This document shows positions 12,401 through 25,650 of a stretch of 64,000 nucleotides of DNA, in pieces (the first letter of the stretch is position 1; each line of letters begins with the position of its first letter). The translations under genes were made by a program, and so were the position numbers. Below the pieces are notes generated by a model that was given only the letters and a program-made list of their open reading frames with translations, ran no database searches and was not told the DNA's origin. Source of the stretch: Eledone cirrhosa (lineage: Eukaryota); the NCBI GenBank assembly GCA_964016885.1, contig OZ024749.1:10602001-10666000 (forward strand). Reading direction: 5' to 3'.

Positions 12401-15400
12401 CTTGTAAGGTAACAACAACACATCCATTACATAGTCCTAGACTTACTTGTAAGGTAACAACAACACATCCATTACATAGTCCTAGACTTACTTGTAAGGT
12501 AACAACAACACATCCATTACACAGTCCTAGACTTACTTGTAAGGTAACAACAACACATCCATTACACAGTCCTAGACATACTTGTAAGGTAACAACAACA
12601 CATCCATTACATAGTCCTAGACTTACTTGTAAGGTAACAACACATCCATTACATAGTCCTAGACTTACTTGTAAGGTAACAACACATCCATTACATAGTC
12701 CTAGACTTACTTGTAAGGTAACAACAACACATCCATTACATAGTCCTAGACTTACTTGTAAGGTAACAACACATCCATTACATAGTCCTAGACTTACTTG
12801 TAAGGTAACAACAACACATCCATTACATAGTCCTAGACTTACTTGTAATGTAACAACAACACATCCATTACATAGTCCTAGACTTACTTGTAAGGTAACA
12901 ACAACACATCCATTACATAGTCCTAGACTTACTTGTAAGGTAACAACAACACATCCATTACATAGTCCTAGACTTACTTGTAAGGTAACAACAACACATC
13001 CATTACACAGTCCTAGACTTACTTGTAAGGTAACAACAACACATCCATTACACAGTCCTAGACATACCTGTAAGGTAACAACAACACATCCATTACATAG
13101 TCCTAGACTTACTTGTAAGGTAACAACAACACATCCATTACATAGTCCTAGACTTACTTGTAAGGTAACAACACATCCATTACACAGTCCTAGACTTACT
13201 TGTAAGGTAACAACAACACATCCATTACATAGTCCTAGACTTACTTGTAAGGTAACAACACATCCATTACATAGTCCTAGACTTACTTGTAAGGTAACAA
13301 CAACACATCCATTACATAGTCCTAGACTTACTTGTAAGGTAACAACAACACATCCATTACATAGTCCTAGACTTACTTGTAAGGTAACAACAACACATCC
13401 ATTACACAGTCCTAGACTTACTTGTAAGGTAACAACAACACATCCATTACATAGTCCTAGACTTACTTGTAAGGTAACAACAACACATCCATTACATAGT
13501 CCTAGACTTACTTGTAAGGTAACAACAACACATCCATTACACAGTCCTAGACATACCTGTAAGGTAACAACAACACATCCATTACATAGTCCTAGACTTA
13601 CTTGTAAGGTAACAACACATCCATTACATAGTCCTAGACTTACTTGTAAGGTAACAACAACACATCCATTACATAGTCCTAGACTTACTTGTAAGGTAAC
13701 AACAACACATCCATTACACAGTCCTAGACATACCTGTAAGGTAACAACAACACATCCATTACATAGTCCTAGACTTACTTGTAAGGTAACAACAACACAT
13801 CCATTACATAGTCCTAGACTTACTTGTAAGGTAACAACAACACATCCATTACACAGTCCTAGACATACCTGTAAGGTAACAACAACACATCCATTACACA
13901 GTCCTAGACATACCTGTAAGGTAACAACAACACATCCATTACATAGTCCTAGACTTACTTGTAAGGTAACAACAACACATCCATTACATAGTCCTAGACT
14001 TACTTGTAAGGTAACAACAACACATCCATTACATAGTCCTAGACTTACTTGTAAGGTAACAACACATCCATTACACAGTCCTAGACTTACTTGTAAGGTA
14101 ATAACAACACATCCATTACATAGTCCTAGACTTACTTGTAAGGTAACAACAACACATCCATTACATAGTCCTAGACATACTTGTAAGGTAACAACACATC
14201 CATTACATAGTCCTAGACATACTTGTAAGGTAATAACAACACATCCATTACACAGTCCTAGACTTACTTGTAAGGTAATAACAACACATCCATTACATAG
14301 TCCTAGACATACTTGTAAGGTAACAACAACACATCCATTACACAGTCCTAGACATACTTGTAAGGTAACAACAACACATCCATTACATAGTCCTAGACTT
14401 ACTTGTAAGGTAATAACAACACATCCATTACATAGTCCTAGACTTACTTGTAAGGTAACAACAACACATCCATTACATAGTCCTAGACTTACTTGTAAGG
14501 TAACAACAACACATCCATTACACAGTCCTAGACATACTTGTAAGGTAACAACAACACATCCATTACACAGTCCTAGACTTACTTGTAAGGTAATAACAAC
14601 ACATCCATTACACAGTCCTAGACATACTTGTAAGGTAACAACAACACATCCATTACACAGTCCTAGACATACTTGTAAGGTAACAACAACACATCCATTA
14701 CATAGTCCTAGACTTACTTGTAAGGTAATAACAACACATCCATTACATAGTCCTAGACTTACTTGTAAGGTAACAACAACACATCCATTACACAGTCCTA
14801 GACATACTTGTAAGGTAACAACAACACATCCATTACATAGTCCTAGACTTACTTGTAAGGTAATAACAACACATCCATTACATAGTCCTAGACTTACTTG
14901 TAAGGTAACAACAACACATCCATTACACAGTCCTAGACATACTTGTAAGGTAACAACAACACATCCATTACATAGTCCTAGACTTACTTGTAAGGTAATA
15001 ACAACACATCCATTACATAGTCCTAGACTTACTTGTAAGGTAACAACAACACATCCATTACACAGTCCTAGACATACTTGTAAGGTAACAACAACACATC
15101 CATTACATAGTCCTAGACATACTTGTAAGGTAACAACACATCCATTACATAGTCCTAGACATACTTGTAAGGTAACAACAACACATCCATTACATAGTCC
15201 TAGACATACTTGTAAGGTAACAACAACACATCCATTACACAGTCCTAGACATACTTGTAAGGTAACAACAACACATCCATTACATAGTCCTAGACTTACT
15301 TGTAAGGTAACAACAACACATCCATTACACAGTCCTAGACTTACTTGTAAGGTAACAACAACACATCCATTACACAGTCCTAGACATACTTGTAAGGTAA

Positions 15401-18320
15401 CAACAACACATCCATTACATAGTCCTAGACATACTTGTAAGGTAACAACAACACATCCATTACACAGTCCTAGACTTACTTGTAAGGTAACAACAACACA
15501 TCCATTACATAGTCCTAGACTTACTTGTAAGGTAACAACAACACATCCATTACATAGTCCTAGACTTACTTGTAAGGTAACAACAACACATCCATTACAC
15601 AGTCCTAGACATACTTGTAAGGTAACAACAACACATCCATTACATAGTCCTAGACTTACTTGTAAGGTAACAACAACACATCCATTACATAGTCCTAGAC
15701 TTACTTGTAAGGTAACAACAACACATCCATTACACAGTCCTAGACATACTTGTAAGGTAACAACAACACATCCATTACATAGTCCTAGACTTACTTGTAA
15801 GGTAACAACAACACATCCATTACATAGTCCTAGACTTACTTGTAAGGTAACAACAACACATCCATTACATAGTCCTAGACTTACTTGTAAGGTAACAACA
15901 ACACATCCATTACACAGTCCTAGACATACTTGTAAGGTAACAACAACACATCCATTACATAGTCCTAGACTTACTTGTAAGGTAACAACAACACATCCAT
16001 TACACAGTCCTAGACTTACTTGTAAGGTAACAACAACACATCCATTACACAGTCCTAGACTTACTTGTAAAGTAACAACAACACATCCATTACATAGTCC
16101 TAGACTTACTTGTAAGGTAACAACACATCCATTACATAGTCCTAGACTTACTTGTAAGGTAACAACAACACATCCATTACACAGTCCTAGACTTACTTGT
16201 AAGGTAACAACAACACATCCATTACACAGTCCTAGACTTACTTGTAAGGTAACAACAACACATCCATTACATAGTCCTAGACTTACTTGTAAGGTAACAA
16301 CAACACATCCATTACATAGTCCTAGACTTACTTGTAAGGTAACAACAACACATCCATTACACAGTCCTAGACATACTTGTAAGGTAACAACAACACATCC
16401 ATTACACAGTCCTAGACTTACTTGTAAAGTAACAACAACACATCCATTACATAGTCCTAGACTTACTTGTAAGGTAACAACACATCCATTACATAGTCCT
16501 AGACTTACTTGTAAGGTAACAACAACACATCCATTACACAGTCCTAGACTTACTTGTAAGGTAACAACAACACATCCATTACACAGTCCTAGACTTACTT
16601 GTAAGGTAACAACAACACATCCATTACATAGTCCTAGACTTACTTGTAAGGTAACAACAACACATCCATTACATAGTCCTAGACTTACTTGTAAGGTAAC
16701 AACAACACATCCATTACACAGTCCTAGACATACTTGTAAGGTAACAACAACACATCCATTACACAGTCCTAGACATACTTGTAAGGTAATAACAACACAT
16801 CCATTACACAGTCCTAGACTTACTTGTAAGGTAACAACAACACATCCATTACACAGTCCTAGACTTACTTGTAAGGTAACAACAACACATCCATTACACA
16901 GTCCTAGACTTACTTGTAAGGTAACAACAACACATCCATTACTCAGTCCTAGACTTACTTGTAAGGTAACAACAACACATCCATTACACAGTCCTAGACT
17001 TACTTGTAAGGTAACAACAACACATCCATTACACAGTCCTAGACTTACTTGTAAGGTAACAACAACACATCCATTACATAGTCCTAGACTTACTTGTAAG
17101 GTAACAACAACACATCCATTACACAGTCCTAGACTTACTTGTAAAGTAACAACAACACATCCATTACATAGTCCTAGACTTACTTGTAAGGTAACAACAC
17201 ATCCATTACATAGTCCTAGACTTACTTGTAAGGTAACAACAACACATCCATTACACAGTCCTAGACTTACTTGTAAGGTAACAACAACACATCCATTACA
17301 CAGTCCTAGACTTACTTGTAAGGTAACAACAACACATCCATTACATAGTCCTAGACTTACTTGTAAGGTAACAACACATCCATTACATAGTCCTAGACAT
17401 ACTTGTAAGGTAACAACACATCCATTACATAGTCCTAGACATACTTGTAAGGTAATAACAACACATCCATTACATAGTCCTAGACTTACTTGTAAGGTAA
17501 CAACACATCCATTACATAGTCCTAGACATACTTGTAAGGTAATAACAACACATCCATTACACAGTCCTAGACTTACTTGTAAGGTAACAACACATCCATT
17601 ACATAGTCCTAGACATACTTGTAAGGTAACAACACATCCATTACATAGTCCTAGACATACTTGTAAGGTAATAACAACACATCCATTACATAGTCCTAGA
17701 CTTACTTGTAAGGTAACAACAACACATCCATTACACAGTCCTAGACTTACTTGTAAGGTAACAACACATCCATTACATAGTCCTAGACTTACTTGTAAGG
17801 TAACAACAACACATCCATTACATAGTCCTAGACTTACTTGTAAGGTAACAACAACACATCCATTACATAGTCCTAGACTTACTTGTAAGGTAACAACAAC
17901 ACATCCATTACACAGTCCTAGACTTACTTGTAAGGTAACAACAACACATCCATTACACAGTCCTAGACTTACTTGTAAGGTAACAACACATCCATTACAC
18001 AGTCCTAGACTTACTTGTAAAGTAATAACAACACATCCATTACATAGTCCTAGACATACTTGTAAGGTAACAACAACACATCCATTACATAGTCCTAGAC
18101 TTACTTGTAAGGTAACAACAACACATCCATTACACAGTCCTAGACTTACTTGTAAGGTAACAACAACACATCCATTACATAGTCCTAGACTTACTTGTAA
18201 GGTAACAACAACACATCCATTACATAGTCCTAGACTTACTTGTAAGGTAACAACAACACATCCATTACATAGTCCTAGACTTACTTGTAAGGTAACAACA
18301 ACACATCCATTAGGTAGTCC
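3411..18320. repeat. 45/42-bp tandem satellite, roughly 330 copies, derived from the ECM29 exon 5 end and splice donor
   Basis: Unit on + strand is ACTTACTTGTAAGGTAACAACAACACATCCATTACAYAGTCCTAG. The copy number is estimated from span divided by unit length. Confidence 0.99.
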
Positions 18321-18434
18321 AAAAATAGTTGGCTGACATTTGGTCTTTCTGACAACTGATACGTTTCTTCAAGTTTGGAAGGACTGCTGGGAGTTTTCAC
18401 ATACTGTAGAGCTGGCACCAACAGTTGTAATAGG
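18285..18434 (-). CDS. ECM29: ECM29 coding exon 5 (SLLQLLVPALQYVKTPSSPSKLEETYQLSERPNVSQLFLDYLMDVLLLPY)
   Basis: tctctcccag|C CTA TTA ... CCT TAC AA|GTAAGT, 150 nt, phase 2/2. Matches ECM29 SLMHLLIPTL...LLLDFMLDVLLMPY. Its 3' end is the founding unit of the large satellite. Confidence 0.93.
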
Positions 18435-18584
18435 CTGGGAGAGAAAGGAAAAGAAATCTTATTAAGGATATGTAGAGCAGGGAATGAATTATTGAAACGT
18501 TGGATATAATGCTTGGCTTTCAGGTAACTGTTCTGGATTTCTGTTGTCTGTGTTGAAGTTCTATTGAGGTCAAGATAGGAGCAG

Positions 18585-21500
18585 GACCCATGACTATTTA
18601 CAGGGTCTCTGTGACTAGTGAGAGGGAGGGAGGGACAGAACCCATGACTATTTACAGGGTCTCTGTGACTAGTGAGAGGGAGGGAGGGACAGAACCCATG
18701 ACTATTTACAGGGTCTCTGTGACTAGTGAGAGGGAGGGAGGGACAGAACCCATGACTATTTACAGGGTCTCTGTGACTAGTGAGAGGGAGGGACAGAACC
18801 CATGACTATTTACAGAGACTGTGACTAGTGAGAGGGAGGGACAGAACCCATGACTATTTACAGAGACTGTGACTAGTGAGAGGGAGGGACAGAACCCATG
18901 ACTATTTACAGGGTCTCTGTGACTAGTGAGAGGGAGGGACAGAACCCATGACTATTTACAGAGACTCTGTGACTAGTGAGAGGGAGGGACAGAACCCATG
19001 ACTATTTACAGAGACTCTGTGACTAGTGAGAGGGAGGGACAGAACCCATGACTATTTACAGAGACTCTGTGACTAGTGAGAGGGAGGGACAGAACCCATG
19101 ACTATTTACAGGGTCTCTGTGACTAGTGAGAGGGAGGGACAGAACCCATGACTATTTACAGAGACTCTGTGACTAGTGAGAGGGAGGGACAGAACCCATG
19201 ACTATTTACAGGGTCTCTGTGACTAGTGAGAGGGAGGGACAGAACCCATGACTATTTACAGGGTCTCTGTGACTAGTGAGAGGGAGGGACAGAACCCATG
19301 ACTATTTACAGGGTCTCTGTGACTAGTGAGAGGGAGGGACAGAACCCATGACTATTTACAGAGACTGTGACTAGTGAGAGGGAGGGACAGAACCCATGAC
19401 TATTTACAGGGTCTCTGTGACTAGTGAGAGGGAGGGACAGAACCCATGACTATTTACAGAGACTGTGACTAGTGAGAGGGAGGGACAGAACCCATGACTA
19501 TTTACAGGGTCTCTGTGACTAGTGAGAGGGAGGGACAGAACCCATGACTATTTACAGAGACTGTGACTAGTGAGAGGGAGGGACAGAACCCATGACTATT
19601 TACAGAGACTGTGACTAGTGAGAGGGAGGGACAGAACCCATGACTATTTACAGGGTCTCTGTGACTAGTGAGAGGGAGGGACAGAACCCATGACTATTTA
19701 CAGAGACTCTGTGACTAGTGAGAGGGAGGGACAGAACCCATGACTATTTACAGAGACTCTGTGACTAGTGAGAGGGAGGGACAGAACCCATGACTATTTA
19801 CAGAGATTGTGACTAGTGAGAGGGAGGGACAGAACCCATGACTATTTACAGGGTCTCTGTGACTAGTGAGAGGGAGGGACAGAACCCATGACTATTTACA
19901 GGGTCTCTGTGACTAGTGAGAGGGAGGGACAGAACCCATGACTATTTACAGGGTCTCTGTGACTAGTGAGAGGGAGGGACAGAACCCATGACTATTTACA
20001 GAGACTGTGACTAGTGAGAGGGAGGGACAGAACCCATGACTATTTACAGGGTCTCTGTGACTAGTGAGAGGGAGGGACAGAACCCATGACTATTTACAGA
20101 GACTGTGACTAGTGAGAGGGAGGGACAGAACCCATGACTATTTACAGAGACTCTGTGACTAGTGAGAGGGAGGGACAGAACCCATGACTATTTACAGGGT
20201 CTCTGTGACTAGTGAGAGGGAGGGACAGAACCCATGACTATTTACAGAGACTGTGACTAGTGAGAGGGAGGGACAGAACCCATGACTATTTACAGGGGCT
20301 CTGTGACTAGTGAGAGGGAGGGACAGAACCCATGACTATTTACAGGGGCTCTGTGACTAGTGAGAGGGAGGGACAGAACCCATGACTATTTACAGAGACT
20401 GTGACTAGTGAGAGGGAGGGACAGAACCCATGACTATTTACAGAGACTGTGACTAGTGAGAGGGAGGGACAGAACCCATGACTATTTACAGGGTCTCTGT
20501 GACTAGTGAGAGGGAGGGACAGAACCCATGACTATTTACAGAGACTGTGACTAGTGAGAGGGAGGGACAGAACCCATGACTATTTACAGAGACTGTGACT
20601 AGTGAGAGGGAGGGACAGAACCCATGACTATTTACAGGGTCTCTGTGACTAGTGAGAGGGAGGGACAGAACCCATGACTATTTACAGAGACTGTGACTAG
20701 TGAGAGGGAGGGACAGAACCCATGACTATTTACAGGGTCTCTGTGACTAGTGAGAGGGAGGGACAGAACCCATGACTATTTACAGGGGCTCTGTGACTAG
20801 TGAGAGGGAGGGACAGAACCCATGACTATTTACAGAGACTGTGACTAGTGAGAGGGAGGGACAGAACCCATGACTATTTACAGGGTCTCTGTGACTAGTG
20901 AGAGGGAGGGACAGAACCCATGACTATTTACAGGGTCTCTGTGACTAGTGAGAGGGAGGGACAGAACCCATGACTATTTACAGGGTCTCTGTGACTAGTG
21001 AGAGGGAGGGACAGAACCCATGACTATTTACAGAGACTGTGACTAGTGAGAGGGAGGGACAGAACCCATGACTATTTACAGAGACTGTGACTAGTGAGAG
21101 GGAGGGACAGAACCCATGACTATTTACAGAGACTGTGACTAGTGAGAGGGAGGGACAGAACCCATGACTATTTACAGGGTCTCTGTGACTAGTGAGAGGG
21201 AGGGACAGAACCCATGACTATTTACAGGGGCTCTGTGACTAGTGAGAGGGAGGGACAGAACCCATGACTATTTACAGGGGCTCTGTGACTAGTGAGAGGG
21301 AGGGACAGAACCCATGACTATTTACAGGGTCTCTGTGACTAGTGAGAGGGAGGGACAGAACCCATGACTATTTACAGAGACTGTGACTAGTGAGAGGGAG
21401 GGACAGAACCCATGACTATTTACAGAGACTGTGACTAGTGAGAGGGAGGGACAGAACCCATGACTATTTACAGGGTCTCTGTGACTAGTGAGAGGGAGGG

Positions 21501-23875
21501 ACAGAACCCATGACTATTTACAGAGACTGTGACTAGTGAGAGGGAGGGACAGAACCCATGACTATTTACAGAGACTGTGACTAGTGAGAGGGAGGGACAG
21601 AACCCATGACTATTTACAGAGACTGTGACTAGTGAGAGGGAGGGACAGAACCCATGACTATTTACAGAGACTGTGACTAGTGAGAGGGAGGGACAGAACC
21701 CATGACTATTTACAGGGGCTCTGTGACTAGTGAGAGGGAGGGACAGAACCCATGACTATTTACAGGGTCTCTGTGACTAGTGAGAGGGAGGGACAGAACC
21801 CATGACTATTTACAGAGACTGTGACTAGTGAGAGGGAGGGACAGAACCCATGACTATTTACAGAGACTGTGACTAGTGAGAGGGAGGGACAGAACCCATG
21901 ACTATTTACAGAGACTGTGACTAGTGAGAGGGAGGGACAGAACCCATGACTATTTACAGAGACTGTGACTAGTGAGAGGGAGGGACAGAACCCATGACTA
22001 TTTACAGGGGCTCTGTGACTAGTGAGAGGGAGGGACAGAACCCATGACTATTTACAGAGACTGTGACTAGTGAGAGGGAGGGACAGAACCCATGACTATT
22101 TACAGAGACTGTGACTAGTGAGAGGGAGGGACAGAACCCATGACTATTTACAGGGTCTCTGTGACTAGTGAGAGGGAGGGACAGAACCCATGACTATTTA
22201 CAGAGACTGTGACTAGTGAGAGGGAGGGACAGAACCCATGACTATTTACAGAGACTGTGACTAGTGAGAGGGAGGGACAGAACCCATGACTATTTACAGG
22301 GTCTCTGTGACTAGTGAGAGGGAGGGACAGAACCCATGACTATTTACAGGGGCTCTGTGACTAGTGAGAGGGAGGGACAGAACCCATGACTATTTACAGG
22401 GGCTCTGTGACTAGTGAGAGGGAGGGACAGAACCCATGACTATTTACAGGGTCTCTGTGACTAGTGAGAGGGAGGGACAGAACCCATGACTATTTACAGG
22501 GTCTCTGTGACTAGTGAGAGGGAGGGACAGAACCCATGACTATTTACAGAGACTGTGACTAGTGAGAGGGAGGGACAGAACCCATGACTATTTACAGGGT
22601 CTCTGTGACTAGTGAGAGGGAGGGACAGAACCCATGACTATTTACAGGGGCTCTGTGACTAGTGAGAGGGAGGGACAGAACCCATGACTATTTACAGGGG
22701 CTCTGTGACTAGTGAGAGGGAGGGACAGAACCCATGACTATTTACAGGGTCTCTGTGACTAGTGAGAGGGAGGGACAGAACCCATGACTATTTACAGGGT
22801 CTCTGTGACTAGTGAGAGGGAGGGACAGAACCCATGACTATTTACAGAGACTGTGACTAGTGAGAGGGAGGGACAGAACCCATGACTATTTACAGAGACT
22901 GTGACTAGTGAGAGGGAGGGACAGAACCCATGACTATTTACAGGGTCTCTGTGACTAGTGAGAGGGAGGGACAGAACCCATGACTATTTACAGAGACTGT
23001 GACTAGTGAGAGGGAGGGACAGAACCCATGACTATTTACAGGGTCTCTGTGACTAGTGAGAGGGAGGGACAGAACCCATGACTATTTACAGGGTCTCTGT
23101 GACTAGTGAGAGGGAGGGACAGAACCCATGACTATTTACAGAGACTGTGACTAGTGAGAGGGAGGGACAGAACCCATGACTATTTACAGAGACTGTGACT
23201 AGTGAGAGGGAGGGACAGAACCCATGACTATTTACAGAGACTGTGACTAGTGAGAGGGAGGGACAGAACCCATGACTATTTACAGGGTCTCTGTGACTAG
23301 TGAGAGGGAGGGACAGAACCCATGACTATTTACAGGGTCTCTGTGACTAGTGAGAGGGATGGACAGAACCCATGACTATTTACAGAGACTGTGACTAGTG
23401 AGAGGGAGGGACAGAACCCATGACTATTTACAGGGTCTCTGTGACTAGTGAGAGGGAGGGACAGAACCCATGACTATTTACAGAGACTGTGACTAGTGAG
23501 ATGGAGGGACAGAACCCATGACTATTTACAGGGTCTCTGTGACTAGTAAGAGGGAGGGACAGAACCCATGACTATTTACAGAGACTGTGACTAGTGAGAG
23601 GGAGGGACAGAACCCATGACTATTTACAGGGTCTCTGTGACTAGTGAGAGGGAGGGACAGAACCCATGACTATTTACAGAGACTGTGACTAGTGAGAGGG
23701 AGGGACAGAACCCATGACTATTTACAGGGTCTCTGTGACTAGTGAGAGGGAGGGACAGAACCCATGACTATTTACAGAGACTGTGACTAGTGAGAGGGAG
23801 GGACAGAACCCATGACTATTTACAGGGTCTCTGTGACTAGTGAGAGGGAGGGACAGAACCCATGACTATTTACAT
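18585..23875. repeat. 50/48-bp tandem satellite, roughly 105-110 copies, in ECM29 intron 4
   Basis: Unit GAACCCATGACTATTTACAG(GGTCT/AGACT/AGA/GGGCT)CTGTGACTAGTGAGAGGGAGGGACA. The first three units are 54 bp. Confidence 0.99.
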
Positions 23876-24425
23876 GGGCTCTGTGGGAGGGAACGAGAGG
23901 AAGTGGATACATGGCTGTGAATGTCTGCAAGAGAGGGGACTCCATTGCTGGTACCTGTGTCAATTGGTTAAACTGGGAAGTTGGGACGGACCTCCCCAAA
24001 ATAATTAACATTTTAATGTAAAATAGAATAGAATGGATCTTCACCAGTTTCAAGGATAAACATTCCAGTTGTTTTATCAATGGAACAACCTGCTTTTGAC
24101 AATGTGCAAGTGGCTGAGTATTCCACAGATATGTGTACCCTTAATGTAATTCTCAGAGAGATTCGGCAAAGATTTGACTCACTATTTTTCCAGCGGAATA
24201 GACTGGAGAAATGTGCAGTAAAGTGTCTTACTCAAGGACACTACGCACCATTGGTAATTGAACTCATTACCATACTATTGTGGAACATTCTAACCATTAA
24301 ACAACATGCTATCACACTAGGCCACACACCTTTACACGCAGCAAGTTTGATATATTTGATAAAGTTGATCTTGAATATGACCTTTGATCAGTTGAGTGGG
24401 GTGAGAAATGGTTTGCTACCTTTAA

Positions 24426-24838
24426 CCCTTTAACATTTACATTACTCTATATTTATTATTATATTTTTGCGTAAAAGCTTTATCTTACATAATATCTCAC
24501 ATAATATCAAATCTGAGATTTTGATGTTATTTATTTTGAGAGCGGTGGATTGGCAGTATCGGTAGAGGGTCAGACACCATGCTTTCCAGCATAGTTACGT
24601 CCCTTTACGATCTGAGTTCAAATCCCGCTGAGGTTGACTTTGCCTTTCATCCTTACGGGGTTGATAAAATAAAGTACCAATAATGCACTGGGTGATTGCT
24701 GGCCTTGTGCCTAAAGTAGAAACAGTTATTTATTTTGAGAACAATACTTTAACATCAGAATGAGTGGCTAGTTACAGCTAGTTTGAACAGAAAGAGGTGA
24801 GAGAATTCTGGCCGGATACAGGTTTAAATGCTAAAGAG
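24426..24838. mobile_element. piggyBac-like MITE carrying a nested SINE
   Basis: TTAA-CCCTTTAACATTTA ... TAAATGCTAAAGAG termini. Same family as 34795-34995 and 38030-39793. Confidence 0.7.
24542..24724 (+). mobile_element. tRNA-derived SINE with a 16-bp target-site duplication
   Basis: A-box-like TGGCAGTATCGG, B-box-like GAGTTCAAATCC and a central GCCTTTCATCCTTACGGGG..ATAAAATAAAGTACC. GTTATTTATTTTGAGA is duplicated at 24526-24541 and 24725-24740. Confidence 0.88.
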
Positions 24839-25080
24839 CTAATGCATCTAAGACTAAACTGCTATCTTTTATTGACCACAGAGAACTACTTTAGCTTTCC
24901 ATTAGTATGGCTGATCATATGCCTTCATTGTCTGACATTTACCATTGATTTAAGCCGGAATAATTACATCACATTGAATGTTAAGTCTGCTACCCCAAAA
25001 AATTAATTCACTCTGTCGTGCCAGAAAATTGATCACACCTGAAAATATGTTTTATCTTTATAAATCAAATTTTCATCATT

Positions 25081-25650
25081 GTATTGAATACTGTTGCCAT
25101 ATCTGGTCTGGTGTTTCTGTTGAGCACCTCGAGTCTAGATAATATGTATAGAATGTATTGAGTATAGTTGCCACGTCTGGTCTGGTGTTTCTGTTGAGCA
25201 CCTTGAGTCTAGATAATATCTATAGAATGTATTGAGTATAGTTGTCACATCTGGTCTGGTGTTTCTGCTGTACACCTTGAGTCTAGATAATATCTATAGA
25301 ATGTATTGAGTATAGTTGTCACATCTGGTCTGGTGTTTCTGTTGAGCACCTCGAGTCTAGATAATATCTATAGAATGTATTGAGTATAGTTGTCACATCT
25401 GGTCTGGTGTTTCTGTTGAGCACCTCGAGTCTAGATAATATCTATAGAATGTATTGAGTATAGTTGTCACATCTGGTCTGGTGTTTCTGTTGAGCACCTC
25501 GAGTCTAGATAATATCTATAGAATGTATTGAGTATAGTTGTCACATCTGGTCTGGTGTTTCTGTTGAGCACCTCGAGTCTAGATAATCTCTATAGAATGT
25601 ATTGAGTACTGTTGCCACATCTGGTCTGCTGCTTGCCGTGCACCTTGAGT
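25081..25650 (+). repeat. 74-bp minisatellite (7-8 copies) inside a CR1/L2 LINE 3' remnant (about 24850-25990)
   Basis: Unit GTATTGAGTATAGTTGTCACATCTGGTCTGGTGTTTCTGTTGAGCACCTCGAGTCTAGATAATATCTATAGAAT. The last copy reads IEYCCHIWS and continues into NKIQRRINIIGPD. Confidence 0.88.

Noticed and set aside
3411-23875. CRISPR-like array interpretation of the two long repeats
   Set aside because: Units are contiguous with no unique spacers, there are no cas genes, and the context is a eukaryotic intron.
23820-24080. ILFYIKML as the ECM29 'NFTIIYVKM' exon
   Set aside because: The true exon with splice sites and continuous similarity is at 26167-26285.
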